The translations under genes were made by a program, and so were the position numbers. Positions 44,736 through 60,000 of a stretch of DNA of 64,000 bases are shown one piece after another; the stretch's first letter is position 1, and each line of letters begins with the position of its first letter. Under the pieces are notes generated by a model. That model was not told the DNA's origin. It did not search any database and saw only the letters and a list, made by a program, of their open reading frames with translations. The stretch is from Eledone cirrhosa. Its lineage: Eukaryota. Where the stretch lies: contig OZ024740.1 in NCBI GenBank assembly GCA_964016885.1, positions 217,744,001 through 217,808,000 on the forward strand, read 5' to 3'.

Positions 44736-46448
44736 AATACGAGTTCTAACCATCCACTCTCTATAATTAAATCCATCCCTAGAAATGTTTCTCTTAGAAT
44801 CTCCCGCCTGTCGTCCAAACAACAAACCTTCAAAAAACATGCCGAATATTATGATGATGCACTTAGAAAAGCCGGACACCTAGATAATATAGAGTATATA
44901 GTCGAAGATCACCAAAACACCCAAAATAAATCCCATAGGAGGAGAAATAGCACAGAATCACCACCATACATACACTACCGCAATAGACACAATAATAGTC
45001 GCACACCACCAAACAGAAGGCGATATAAAGAGTATATTTGATACAACCCGGTCTATAACAACTCTATTAAAACCAATCTACCCTCACAATTCTTTCGATT
45101 AGTTAAAAAACACTTTCCAACATCACATAAATATAATAAAATCTTAAACCCTAACACTATTCGACTTTCATATTCAACCGCCCCTAATATTGAACAACAT
45201 ATAAAAAAGCTTAACGCAAAACGGTTGTATAAACGCCTTCCAACACATAACAATACACGTAAAACATTAGCTATAACATCACAAAACAACAAACAACATC
45301 CTGTCCTACCTAAGCAACCTCATCAACCCATCCATGACAATACAACAACGCAAAATTATAATTGCAACTGTGTCCAACCAGGAATGTGTCCGTTGAACAA
45401 TCAGTGTCTTGAACGCAACATCGTATACAAATGTACTATCGAATCGGATAGACAGAAGTGGTACTATGTGGGATCTACAGCCACCTCCTTCAAATCACGC
45501 CTTTATAGACATCGTTACTCGATAAAACATGAAAACCAGCGTTATGTAACAACACTCGCAGACAAGGCTTGGCAGCTGCGTGAAAATAACCAACAATTTC
45601 ACCTTAAATGGGATATAATAGCGGCTGCCCCCCCCCCATATCCCACGGACAGGAATTTTGTAAATTATGTAATGTAGAATTATTTTGTATTATGAAATCC
45701 AAAATCATTTTATTAAATAACAGAATAGAGCGATCGTTATACTGTAACCATCGCTTAAAATCTACATTTTCATATTATAAATACCACCAGGATTGAACGC
45801 CCGTCTCTATCTCCGTTTGGTTGTCAAAATAGATATTAACATTCTCTATTAGTCTTAATTCTATCAACTCTTCTATTATTTACCATTTAATATAAACTGC
45901 TATAGATAAAATGATATTTCTGATTTCTTAATTCAATTCCCTAATGCACATACCAGCTGGCTACTAGCATTGATGTTATTCAGTAGCAATCGAAATCTCC
46001 CCCTTCCCCAATTGACACTTTATAATTAATACTACTACACCAAACGACCAGCCCTGTCCACTGTCCAATTGGTCAAGTAGAGATTAAAATTGGCACTCTC
46101 AAAAATTATTATTTAGATAAAATGAACCATTTACTCATGGTATTCTCATTAGAAACCCTTTATATACTTGTTTAGCAGTAAATTGAATTACCATCTGTCA
46201 TATACTATCCCCTCTGTTCCTTCCTCTATTACTAATATAAATACTTCAATTTTTCTGATTTTATCCAATTTATCCAAAATCTCTGAAGAAGTGACAACTG
46301 ATTATACATTTGCTATCGAATACTTGCTAACATTATATGATTACGCAAGCAGCGATACATAGGTATTCCGTCTGTTACAGAAACATATGTCAATACCTAA
46401 TAAATTCCTTTTTAAAAATAAAAAGCACTTTCATTTTATATTCATCTT

Positions 46449-46452
<4 letters not shown>
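44736..46452 (+). mobile_element. 5'-truncated PLE (thumb, linker and GIY-YIG remnants plus 3' UTR), related to the 38179 family
   Basis: [53 protein letters not shown]. Has a stop and frameshifts. Confidence 0.88.
46283..46399 (+). ncRNA. Hammerhead-like motif with enlarged stem II and poor stem I (family H)
   Basis: CTGAAGA-a-GTGACA...TGTTAC-a-GAAA-CATATG-TC^, then AATACCTAATAAA. Confidence 0.55.
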
Positions 46453-46482
<30 letters not shown>

Positions 46483-46485
<3 letters not shown>

Positions 46486-46903
46486 AAAGTTTTATTTAAA
46501 ATTGTTGGGTTACAAGAAGTAAATATTTTATAACTGATATAAAGCACTCAACAAGTTTTGGAGTAGATATACGATATTAAACAAATGGAAACTATATTTA
46601 TAAAACCATATTTATTTCATTATACATATTTCGGGGATACCATATTAAAAATATGGCATGCCTTCTTCAGATAAAATACAATATATAAGCAGTTTTATAA
46701 ATAATTTTGACGTACCATAAATATTGATCAACTTTCATGTAAGTTGATCAATATTTATGGTACGTCAAAATTATTTATAAAACTGCTTATATATTGTATT
46801 TTATCTGAAGAAGGCATGCCATATTTTTAATATGGTATCCCCGAAATATGTATAATGAAATAAATATGGTTTTATAAATATAGTTTCCATTTGTTTAATA
46901 TCG
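46483..46903. mobile_element. Perfect hairpin of two family-E pLTR ends with an asymmetric ~90-bp tail
   Basis: 46572-46734 is the reverse complement of 46741-46903. The tail 46483-46571 is on one side only. Confidence 0.9.
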
Positions 46904-46975
46904 TATATATATATATATATATATGAATATATATATATATATATATATATTCATATATATATATATATATATATA

Positions 46976-47053
<78 letters not shown>

Positions 47054-47153
47054 TATATATATATATATATTCATATATATATTCATATATATATATATAT
47101 ATTCATATATATATTCATATATATATATATATATTCATATATATATATATATA

Positions 47154-47189
<36 letters not shown>

Positions 47190-47203
47190 TATATATATAT
47201 ATA

Positions 47204-47261
<58 letters not shown>

Positions 47262-47263
<2 letters not shown>

Positions 47264-48780
47264 TTTTGAGTTTATGTTGGTTGTATACCAACACCTCAGT
47301 ATGCAGGATGGAGCACTCGACGAAGTGCGCAGGTTGGTTTGGTTACTCCGGAGTAAAGTAAAATAAAGTTAAATAAAAGTCAAATGATTAAAATTTAGCT
47401 TCGTTTATTACTGCTATATATATTTCAGTGACAGCCATCTTTGGCTGTGACCTCTTCAGGCAGTTTGAATTAGTATGGTATAGACAAGTACATATGTTGT
47501 TTAGGTGTATAATATTGTCAATACTCTGATATGCCTAGTTCCTTGTTGAGTTGTTAATTCACTGAGGAACTGGAGTCATATGAATTCAAACAAACGAATT
47601 TCAGTGTCAAAGGTCCTCTTCTCCTCTCATTAGTCAGTTATTAGAACATTCCTCATTCTAAGTGTTGTTATTGTTGGAGTTAGCTTAAAAATTGATAAAA
47701 TGGTAGAAGGGACAAGGTGTTAAAGGAACAAAATAAAAAAAAAAGTGTCAAACTTCCCATTGGTCAGTTCTGAGAGCATTCCTCAGTCAGAAGTCTATAG
47801 CATTCTTTCTGGGGTGAGGCTCCCTGTAGTGTTTTTGCCTGCTATTGTTCAGTACATTTGACCTCTACCATTATTTTGGTAGTGTTGTTGGTGTAGTGGT
47901 CAGCTTATATCTTGCTGCTGTTAACAATTTAGAAGTATCCAGTTTGTGTTTTTTCTTCATCCCTCCTGCCACCATCGTAGTGGTGGTGGTGGTGGTGGAG
48001 GGGGGTTTCTTCCATGTATATGATGAAATATAAGGCAATAAATGAAGAAAACAGAAAATAAATAAATAATATAATAAAATAATATAATTTGTATAATTGT
48101 ATAATTTGGAAAATAAATAAATAAATAGAAAATAAAGAATAAAGAATAAAGAATAAATGAAAAATTGGTGAAAAAGTAATGAAAATGAATATGGAGAAGT
48201 GAGAAATAATGTAGGATAAAGTGTGTGTGTGTGCTATAACCAATCTCAAGGTCAGAATATGTTGGATAGATTGGTATGAGACAAGATGTTAAGATGAGAT
48301 ATTTAAACTAAATGTGTTTGTGTTATAATCAATCTCAACTTAAGAATAAATATAAGGTGATACAGTGAAGAGGGCAGAAAACAAATAACAAATTAATAAA
48401 GAGAAATCAAGATTTAAGATTGGAACTTGAAAATCAGAAATCTAGTAAATTAAAAGTGTTTGTGTCATAGATGTTGGCCAAATTATTATGGCTGTGTCCG
48501 ATTCTATCTCTAGGCTATCATGGTGTCTGCTTCGCCTGGGTTGTTCCCTATGGCTTGAGGGGAGTTCACAACCTAGGGTGTTGTTATTGCCCATGTAGCT
48601 TGAGGGAGGTCTGGTCGAGAGGTGTTTTCATGTTCTGTAGAAGTCCCTATAGCTTGAGGGGAGTTCACATCTTCTTGTGTTGCTACTGACCATATATCTT
48701 GAGAAAGGTCCCGGCTCTAAGGTGTCTGCACGTCCCGAAGAAGTCGGTTCTGAGGTTTATCAGGCCGCTTCCACCTCTTA
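47262..48780 (-). mobile_element. Probable degenerate PLE 3' region ending in hammerhead + AATAAA
   Basis: Hammerhead at 47410-47464 followed by AATAAA, ~150 nt before (TA)n. The upstream extent is uncertain. Confidence 0.5.
47410..47464 (-). ncRNA. Minimal hammerhead (family I)
   Basis: ACTGC-CTGAAGA-GGTcACAGCCA(aaga)TGGCTGTcACT-GAAA-TATATA-TA^GCAGT-AATAAA. Confidence 0.85.
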
Positions 48781-48786
48781 GTATCT

Positions 48787-49523
48787 CTTAAAAGTGAACA
48801 GTTGCAACATATATATATCTTTAATTTAATTTTATGTATATGATAACCTTTATATTTAATAATCTCCCAATTGGTTGAGATTAAATTTGGCGATTTATGG
48901 CTGCGTTTTCTAGCAGCAAGCCTACCCGCCGTAAGCAACCAATTACACGCTTTCTCTCTGGCTGGTACACAGCTACATAGCGATCTTAGCCATTTTTGAA
49001 TCTAAATTTGGCGCGGTCGGTTTGAGAAACTAAATGTCTGATTTTGAGTTTATCTCCTGATGAAACCTAACTCTGGAATTCCATATTATTTGGATGTCCT
49101 AAATAAGGAAGAAACCACGGTAGAGATATAATTACGGTATGTGCGCATTTCTTCTAAGTTTAATTTTACTACTAATTATGTGTGGTTGATAGTATATTTG
49201 ATCGGATTCTGCATGCTGCCGAAATGTTTGATAAATGGTGGAATGGAGCCGCCGCGAAGAGGCTACGATCAATTGCTTCTCAGAGATTTCCCCGTAAGAA
49301 AATTTATTCTTAAAGCTTGCTAGATTTGATTTTGCATATGGTCAATTATGCTGATTAGAAGAAGAAATAGTATATATTTTAATATCTGATTGATTCTATA
49401 GACATGATTTATGATATAATGCTCTGATCTTTTGATTTTAATTTATTAATTCTTCATTGAGCTTAAAAGTGAACAGTTGCAACATATATATATCTTTAAT
49501 TTAATTTTATGTATATGATAACC

Positions 49524-49532
<9 letters not shown>
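48787..49532 (+). mobile_element. Non-coding partial-tandem element (675-bp unit, ~70-bp terminal redundancy) with hammerhead
   Basis: 48787-48857 is repeated at 49462-49532; the element ends in (TA)n. Confidence 0.7.
49051..49128 (+). ncRNA. Hammerhead with branched stem II region (family J)
   Basis: TATCTC-CTGATGA-aaCC...GGaa-GAAA-CCACGG-TA^GAGATA. Confidence 0.75.
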
Positions 49533-49574
<42 letters not shown>

Positions 49575-49578
<4 letters not shown>

Positions 49579-50790
49579 AAAGTTTTATTTAAAATTGTTG
49601 GGTTACAACAAGTAAATATTTTATAACTGATATAAAAGCACTCAACAGTTTTTGGAGTAGGTTTACGATATTAAACAAATGGAAATTATATTTATAAAAC
49701 CATATTTATTTCGTTATATATATTTCTGGGATATCATATTAAAAATATGGTATGCCTTCCTCAGACAAAATACAATATATAAGCTGTTTTATAAATAATT
49801 TTGACATACCTTAGAATAATGCAACTTCCATTTGAAAAGTTGATTTGGTAGTGAAACTGTTAAGGACAGTTATAGAGAAAGAAAGACGAAGAAAAACGAA
49901 GATAAAAAGAAGAAGATGAAGAGATGTATGTAAAGAAAAACAACAGAGCGAGATAGAGAGAGAAGGAGATATGGGAGAGAGAAATATATTGAGGAAGTGA
50001 AAAAATGGTAGGCAGCTTGGGGACAGATGATCAGCGTACAAGTGAGAGGTTAAGGAGGGAAGGGATACAGTTAAAACAGCCGACACATAAATCACGTCCA
50101 GTGTAGAGGAGAAAAAGAAAGAAAGATGATATATTTAAAATATATTATGTCTCATCCATTTGAATTATCAATTTTTATGAATTAGGTATTATAATGTAAA
50201 TATCAATATTCATGAATGAGACACATATCCATAATGTGTGAAAAGAAAATGACCCCATGCTTAGTTTAAAAATTCTTAGGTCTATAAGCAAAATCTGAGA
50301 CAAAACTTCAAAAATACATAAGTATATATGCATTCTCATGAAAAAAGAAAAAAGAGAAAAGAGAAGGTTATCTCAAATTCAAGTTGACAATTATAGACAC
50401 ACATCTGAACTTACGTGATATGCTCCGCAAATTCTTGTTTTTCATGAAATCTTCATTGCGTTACAAAAAATTCCACCATACATATATGTACCTACATATA
50501 TATATATAGACATAAAATATACATTAATATTAATAGTAATATTCCTGCCCTCACTTACATGATTATCGTTCAAGCATAGAATAGACAACAGATATCAATA
50601 TATTAAAAATTAAAAACGCCAAGAATATCTTCGTCACACCTCAGAGTATCTAGGGACGTAGGAGAACATAGTATGCCACGCATATCAATCACATAAAACC
50701 ACCCTTCCAATTTATTTGACAATATGTTGTCAAGTTCATTAGAAGCAATCAGAATCAAAAGCAAACAATAACCAAAATTGTTCAACAAAA
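49575..50790 (-). mobile_element. 3' UTR/pLTR of family-E PLE, with tail
   Basis: Homologous to 27400-28660; hammerhead at 49707-49772. Confidence 0.8.
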
Positions 50791-50828
<38 letters not shown>

Positions 50829-50970
50829 TATATATATATATATATTCATATATATATATATATATTCATATATATATATATGTATTCATATATATATATA
50901 TATATATATTCATATATATATATATATATTCATATATATATTTATATATATATTCAGATATATATATATA

Positions 50971-51045
<75 letters not shown>

Positions 51046-54000
51046 GAATATAGACATAGAATATTCGAAAATATTCTGTATGTTTATAATAAACATTTTG
51101 AAGACCTAATCGCTATAGAATAGAATACGTCACGTATTACAATTAGATTCTCGATAAAAGCAAGGGAAGTAATCTACGCGTTTCATTCTTATTAGAAATC
51201 TTCAGGACTACATATCCAGTGCTTTTATCGAGAATGACACAGCTAGAGACTTATAGAATACTTAGCTGTGTACAGGAACTGGTTTGAAAGGGCGGTTGCC
51301 GGTCCGGCAGAAATTAGAAATTGGAATAAATGCTCTGAAATAGCGATATATATGTGAATATAGACATAGAATATTCGAAAATATTCTGTATGTTTATAAT
51401 AAACATTTTGAAGACCTAATCGCTATAGAATAGAATACGTCATGTATTACAATTAGATTCTCGATAAAAGCAAGGGAAGTAATCTACGCGTTTCATTCTT
51501 ATTAGAAATCTTCAGGACTACATATCCAGTGCTTTTATCGAGAATGACACAGCTAGAGACTTATAGAATACTTAGCTGTGTACAGGAACTGGTTTGAAAG
51601 AGCGGTTGCCGGTCTGGCAGAAATTAGAAATTGGAATAAATGCTCTGAAATAGCGATATATATGTGAATATAGACATAGAATATTCGAAAATATTCTGTA
51701 TGTTTATAATAAACATTTTGAAGACCTAATCGCTATAGAATAGAATACGTCACGTATTACAATTAGATTCTCGATAAAAGTAAGGGAAGTAATCTACGCG
51801 TTTCATTCTTATTAGAAATCTTCAGGACTACATATCCAGTGCTTTTATCGAGAATGACACAGCTAGAGACTTATAGAATACTTAGCTGTGTACAGGAACT
51901 GGTTTGAAAGAGCGGTTGCCGGTCCGGCAGAAATTAGAAATTGGAATAAATGCTCTGAAATAGCGATATATATGTGAATATAGACATAGAATATTCGAAA
52001 ATATTCTGTATGTTTATAATAAACATTTTGAAGACCTAATCGCTATAGAATAGAATACGTCACGTATTACAATTAGATTCTCGATAAAAGTAAGGGAAGT
52101 AATCTACGCGTTTCATTCTTATTAGAAATCTTCAGGACTACATATCCAGTGCTTTTATCGAGAATGACACAGCTAGAGACTTATAGAATACTTAGCTGTG
52201 TACAGGAACTGGTTTGAAAGAGCGGTTGCCGGTCCGGCAGAAATTAGAAATTGGAATAAATGCTCTGAAATAGCGATATATATGTGAATATAGACATAGA
52301 ATATTCGAAAATATTCTGTATGTTTATAATAAACATTTTGAAGACCTAATCGCTATAGAATAGAATACGTCACGTATTACAATTAGATTCTCGATAAAAG
52401 CAAGGGAAGTAATCTACGCGTTTCATTCTTATTAGAAATCTTCAGGACTACATATCCAGTGCTTTTATCGAGAATGACACAGCTAGAGACTTATAGAATA
52501 CTTAGCTGTGTACAGGAACTGGTTTGAAAGAGCGGTTGCCGGTCCGGCAGAAATTAGAAATTGGAATAAATGCTCTGAAATAGCGATATATATGTGAATA
52601 TAGACATAGAATATTCGAAAATATTCTGTATGTTTATAATAAACATTTTGAAGACCTAATCGCTATAGAATAGAATACGTCACGTATTACAATTAGATTC
52701 TCGATAAAAGCAAGGGAAGTAATCTACGCGTTTCATTCTTATTAGAAATCTTCAGGACTACATATCCAGTGCTTTTATCGAGAATGACACAGCTAGAGAC
52801 TTATAGAATACTTAGCTGTGTACATGAACTGGTTTGAAAGAGCGGTTGCCGGTCCGGCAGAAATTAGAAATTGGAATAAATGCTCTGAAATAGCGATATA
52901 TATGTGAATATAGACATAGAATATTCGAAAATATTCTGTATGTTTATAATAAACATTTTGAAGACCTAATCGCTATAGAATAGAATACGTCACGTATTAC
53001 AATTAGATTCTCGATAAAAGTAAGGGAAGTAATCTACGCGTTTCATTCTTATTAGAAATCTTCAGGACTACATATCCAGTGCTTTTATCGAGAATGACAC
53101 AGCTAGAGACTTATAGAATACTTAGCTGTGTACAGGAACTGGTTTGAAAGAGCGGTTGCCGGTCCGGCAGAAATTAGAAATTGGAATAAATGCTCTGAAA
53201 TAGCGATATAAATGTGAATATAGACATAGAATATTCGAAAATATTCTGTATGTTTATAATAAACATTTTGAAGACCTAATCGCTATAGAATAGAATACGT
53301 CACGTATTACAATTAGATTCTCGATAAAAGCAAGGGAAGTAATCTACGCGTTTCATTCTTATTAGAAATCTTCAGGACTACATATCCAGTGGTTTTATCG
53401 AGAATGACACAGCTAGAGACTTATAGAATACTTAGCTGTGTACAGGAACTGGTTTGAAAGAGCGGTTGCCGGTCCGGCAGAAATTAGAAATTGGAATAAA
53501 TGCTCTGAAATAGCGATATATATGTGAATATAGACATAGAATATTCGAAAATATTCTGTATGTTTATAATAAACATTTTGAAGACCTAATCGCTATAGAA
53601 TAGAATACGTCACGTATTACAATTAGATTCTCGATAAAAGCAAGGGAAGTAATCTACGCGTTTCATTCTTATTAGAAATCTTCAGGACTACATATCCAGT
53701 GCTTTTATCGAGAATGACACAGCTAGAGACTTATAGAATACTTAGCTGTGTACAGGAACTGGTTTGAAAGAGCGGTTGCCGGTCCGGCAGAAATTAGAAA
53801 TTGGAATAAATGCTCTGAAATAGCGATATATATGTGAATATAGACATAGAATATTCGAAAATATTCTGTATGTTTATAATAAACATTTTGAAGACCTAAT
53901 CGCTATAGAATAGAATACGTCACGTATTACAATTAGATTCTCGATAAAAGCAAGGGAAGTAATCTACGCGTTTCATTCTTATTAGAAATCTTCAGGACTA

Positions 54001-57000
54001 CATATCCAGTGCTTTTATCGAGAATGACACAGCTAGAGACTTATAGAATACTTAGCTGTGTACATGAACTGGTTTGAAAGAGCGGTTGCCGGTCCGGCAG
54101 AAATTAGAAATTGGAATAAATGCTCTGAAATAGCGATATATATGTGAATATAGACATAGAATATTCGAAAATATTCTGTATGTTTATAATAAACATTTTG
54201 AAGACCTAATCGCTATAGAATAGAATACGTCACGTATTACAATTAGATTCTCGATAAAAGTAAGGGAAGTAATCTACGCGTTTCATTCTTATTAGAAATC
54301 TTCAGGACTACATATCCAGTGCTTTTATCGAGAATGACACAGCTAGAGACTTATAGAATACTTAGCTGTGTACAGGAACTGGTTTGAAAGAGCGGTTGCC
54401 GGTCCGGCAGAAATTAGAAATTGGAATAAATGCTCTGAAATAGCGATATATATGTGAATATAGACATAGAATATTCGAAAATATTCTGTATGTTTATAAT
54501 AAACATTTTGAAGACCTAATCGCTATAGAATAGAATACGTCACGTATTACAATTAGATTCTCGATAAAAGTAAGGGAAGTAATCTACGCGTTTCATTCTT
54601 ATTAGAAATATTCAGGACTGCATATCCAGTGCTTTTATCGAGAATGACACAGCTAGAGACTTATAGAATACTTAGCTGTGTACAGGAACTGGTTTGAAAG
54701 AGCGGTTGCCGGTCCGGCAGAAATTAGAAATTGGAATAAATGCTCTGAAATAGCGATATATATGTGAATATAGACATAGAATATTCGAAAATATTCTGTA
54801 TGTTTATAATAAACATTTTGAAGACCTAATCGCTATAGAATAGAATACGTCACGTATTACAATTAGATTCTCGATAAAAGTAAGGGAAGTAATCTACGCG
54901 TTTCATTCTTATTAGAAATCTTCAGGACTACATATCCAGTGGTTTTATCGAGAATGACACAGCTAGAGACTTATAGAATACTTAGCTGTGTACAGGAACT
55001 GGTTTGAAAGAGCGGTTGCCGGTCCGGCAGAAATTAGAAATTGGAATAAATGCTCTGAAATAGCGATATATATGTGAATATAGACATAGAATATTCGAAA
55101 ATATTCTGTATGTTTATAATAAACATTTTGAAGACCTAATCGCTATAGAATAGAATACGTCACGTATTACAATTAGATTCTCGATAAAAGCAAGGGAAGT
55201 AATCTACGCGTTTCATTCTTATTAGAAATCTTCAGGACTACATATCCAGTGCTTTTATCGAGAATGACACAGCTAGAGACTTATAGAATACTTAGCTGTG
55301 TACAGGAACTGGTTTGAAAGAGCGGTTGCCGGTCCGGCAGAAATTAGAAATTGGAATAAATGCTCTGAAATAGCGATATATATGTGAATATAGACATAGA
55401 ATATTCGAAAATATTCTGTATGTTTATAATAAACATTTTGAAGACCTAATCGCTATAGAATAGAATACGTCACGTATTACAATTAGATTCTCGATAAAAG
55501 CAAGGGAAGTAATCTACGCGTTTCATTCTTATTAGAAATCTTCAGGACTACATATCCAGTGCTTTTATCGAGAATGACACAGCTAGAGACTTATAGAATA
55601 CTTAGCTGTGTACATGAACTGGTTTGAAAGAGCGGTTGCCGGTCCGGCAGAAATTAGAAATTGGAATAAATGCTCTGAAATAGCGATATATATGTGAATA
55701 TAGACATAGAATATTCGAAAATATTCTGTATGTTTATAATAAACATTTTGAAGACCTAATCGCTATAGAATAGAATACGTCACGTATTACAATTAGATTC
55801 TCGATAAAAGTAAGGGAAGTAATCTACGCGTTTCATTCTTATTAGAAATCTTCAGGACTACATATCCAGTGCTTTTATCGAGAATGACACAGCTAGAGAC
55901 TTATAGAATACTTAGCTGTGTACAGGAACTGGTTTGAAAGAGCGGTTGCCGGTCCGGCAGAAATTAGAAATTGGAATAAATGCTCTGAAATAGCGATATA
56001 AATGTGAATATAGACATAGAATATTCGAAAATATTCTGTATGTTTATAATAAACATTTTGAAGACCTAATCGCTATAGAATAGAATACGTCACGTATTAC
56101 AATTAGATTCTCGATAAAAGCAAGGGAAGTAATCTACGCGTTTCATTCTTATTAGAAATCTTCAGGACTACATATCCAGTGCTTTTATCGAGAATGACAC
56201 AGCTAGAGACTTATAGAATACTTAGCTGTGTACAGGAACTGGTTTGAAAGAGCGGTTGCCGGTCCGGCAGAAATTAGAAATTGGAATAAATGCTCTGAAA
56301 TAGCGATATATATGTGAATATAGACATAGAATATTCGAAAATATTCTGTATGTTTATAATAAACATTTTGAAGACCTAATCGCTATAGAATAGAATACGT
56401 CACGTATTACAATTAGATTCTCGATAAAAGCAAGGGAAGTAATCTACGCGTTTCATTCTTATTAGAAATCTTCAGGACTACATATCCAGTGCTTTTATCG
56501 AGAATGACACAGCTAGAGACTTATAGAATACTTAGCTGTGTACAGGAACTGGTTTGAAAGAGCGGTTGCCGGTCCGGCAGAAATTAGAAATTGGAATAAA
56601 TGCTCTGAAATAGCGATATATATGTGAATATAGACATAGAATATTCGAAAATATTCTGTATGTTTATAATAAACATTTTGAAGACCTAATCGCTATAGAA
56701 TAGAATACGTCACGTATTACAATTAGATTCTCGATAAAAGCAAGGGAAGTAATCTACGCGTTTCATTCTTATTAGAAATCTTCAGGACTACATATCCAGT
56801 GCTTTTATCGAGAATGACACAGCTAGAGACTTATAGAATACTTAGCTGTGTACATGAACTGGTTTGAAAGAGCGGTTGCCGGTCCGGCAGAAATTAGAAA
56901 TTGGAATAAATGCTCTGAAATAGCGATATATATGTGAATATAGACATAGAATATTCGAAAATATTCTGTATGTTTATAATAAACATTTTGAAGACCTAAT

Positions 57001-60000
57001 CGCTATAGAATAGAATACGTCACGTATTACAATTAGATTCTCGATAAAAGTAAGGGAAGTAATCTACGCGTTTCATTCTTATTAGAAATCTTCAGGACTA
57101 CATATCCAGTGCTTTTATCGAGAATGACACAGCTAGAGACTTATAGAATACTTAGCTGTGTACAGGAACTGGTTTGAAAGAGCGGTTGCCGGTCCGGCAG
57201 AAATTAGAAATTGGAATAAATGCTCTGAAATAGCGATATATATGTGAATATAGACATAGAATATTCGAAAATATTCTGTATGTTTATAATAAACATTTTG
57301 AAGACCTAATCGCTATAGAATAGAATACGTCACGTATTACAATTAGATTCTCGATAAAAGTAAGGGAAGTAATCTACGCGTTTCATTCTTATTAGAAATC
57401 TTCAGGACTACATATCCAGTGCTTTTATCGAGAATGACACAGCTAGAGACTTATAGAATACTTAGCTGTGTACAGGAACTGGTTTGAAAGAGCGGTTGCC
57501 GGTCCGGCAGAAATTAGAAATTGGAATAAATGCTCTGAAATAGCGATATATATGTGAATATAGACATAGAATATTCGAAAATATTCTGTATGTTTATAAT
57601 AAACATTTTGAAGACCTAATCGCTATAGAATAGAATACGTCACGTATTACAATTAGATTCTCGATAAAAGCAAGGGAAGTAATCTACGCGTTTCATTCTT
57701 ATTAGAAATCTTCAGGACTACATATCCAGTGCTTTTATCGAGAATGACACAGCTAGAGACTTATAGAATACTTAGCTGTGTACATGAACTGGTTTGAAAG
57801 AGCGGTTGCCGGTCCGGCAGAAATTAGAAATTGGAATAAATGCTCTGAAATAGCGATATATATGTGAATATAGACATAGAATATTCGAAAATATTCTGTA
57901 TGTTTATAATAAACATTTTGAAGACCTAATCGCTATAGAATAGAATACGTCACGTATTACAATTAGATTCTCGATAAAAGTAAGGGAAGTAATCTACGCG
58001 TTTCATTCTTATTAGAAATCTTCAGGACTACATATCCAGTGCTTTTATCGAGAATGACACAGCTAGAGACTTATAGAATACTTAGCTGTGTACAGGAACT
58101 GGTTTGAAAGAGCGGTTGCCGGTCCGGCAGAAATTAGAAATTGGAATAAATGCTCTGAAATAGCGATATATATGTGAATATAGACATAGAATATTCGAAA
58201 ATATTCTGTATGTTTATAATAAACATTTTGAAGACCTAATCGCTATAGAATAGAATACGTCACGTATTACAATTAGATTCTCGATAAAAGTAAGGGAAGT
58301 AATCTACGCGTTTCATTCTTATTAGAAATCTTCAGGACTACATATCCAGTGCTTTTATCGAGAATGACACAGCTAGAGACTTATAGAATACTTAGCTGTG
58401 TACAGGAACTGGTTTGAAAGAGCGGTTGCCGGTCCGGCAGAAATTAGAAATTGGAATAAATGCTCTGAAATAGCGATATATATGTGAATATAGACATAGA
58501 ATATTCGAAAATATTCTGTATGTTTATAATAAACATTTTGAAGACCTAATCGCTATAGAATAGAATACGTCACGTATTACAATTAGATTCTCGATAAAAG
58601 TAAGGGAAGTAATCTACGCGTTTCATTCTTATTAGAAATCTTCAGGACTACATATCCAGTGCTTTTATCGAGAATGACACAGCTAGAGACTTATAGAATA
58701 CTTAGCTGTGTACAGGAACTGGTTTGAAAGAGCGGTTGCCGGTCCGGCAGAAATTAGAAATTGGAATAAATGCTCTGAAATAGCGATATATATGTGAATA
58801 TAGACATAGAATATTCGAAAATATTCTGTATGTTTATAATAAACATTTTGAAGACCTAATCGCTATAGAATAGAATACGTCACGTATTACAATTAGATTC
58901 TCGATAAAAGCAAGGGAAGTAATCTACGCGTTTCATTCTTATTAGAAATCTTCAGGACTACATATCCAGTGCTTTTATCGAGAATGACACAGCTAGAGAC
59001 TTATAGAATACTTAGCTGTGTACAGGAACTGGTTTGAAAGAGCGGTTGCCGGTCCGGCAGAAATTAGAAATTGGAATAAATGCTCTGAAATAGCGATATA
59101 AATGTGAATATAGACATAGAATATTCGAAAATATTCTGTATGTTTATAATAAACATTTTGAAGACCTAATCGCTATAGAATAGAATACGTCACGTATTAC
59201 AATTAGATTCTCGATAAAAGCAAGGGAAGTAATCTACGCGTTTCATTCTTATTAGAAATCTTCAGGACTACATATCCTGTGTTTTATCGAGAATGACACA
59301 GCTTGAGACTTATAGAATACTTAGCTGTGTACAGGAACTGGTTTGAAAGAGCGGTTGCCGGTCCGGCAGAAATTAGAAATTGGAATAAATGCTCTGAAAT
59401 AGCGATATATATGTGAATATAGACATAGAATATTCGCAAATATTCTGTATGTTTATAATAAACATTTTGAAGACCTAATCGCTATAGAATAGAATACGTC
59501 ACGTATTACAATTAGATTCTCGATAAAAGCAAGGGAAGTAATCTACGCGTTTCATTCTTATTAGAAATCTTCAGGACTACATATCCAGTGCTTTTATCGA
59601 GAATGACACAGCTAGAGACTTATAGAATACTTAGCTGTGTACATGAACTGGTTTGAAAGAGCGGTTGCCGGTCCGGCAGAAATTAGAAATTGGAATAAAT
59701 GCTCTGAAATAGCGATATATATGTGAATATAGACATAGAATATTCGAAAATATTCTGTATGTTTATAATAAACATTTTGAAGACCTAATCGCTATAGAAT
59801 AGAATACGTCACGTATTACAATTAGATTCTCGATAAAAGTAAGGGAAGTAATCTACGCGTTTCATTCTTATTAGAAATCTTCAGGACTACATATCCAGTG
59901 CTTTTATCGAGAATGACACAGCTAGAGACTTATAGAATACTTAGCTGTGTACAGGAACTGGTTTGAAAGAGCGGTTGCCGGTCCGGCAGAAATTAGAAAT

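Noticed and set aside
51098-51135. Second, plus-strand hammerhead in the satellite (TTGAAGA...GAATACGTC)
   Set aside because: C3 and GAAA are not conserved and there is no convincing stem I.
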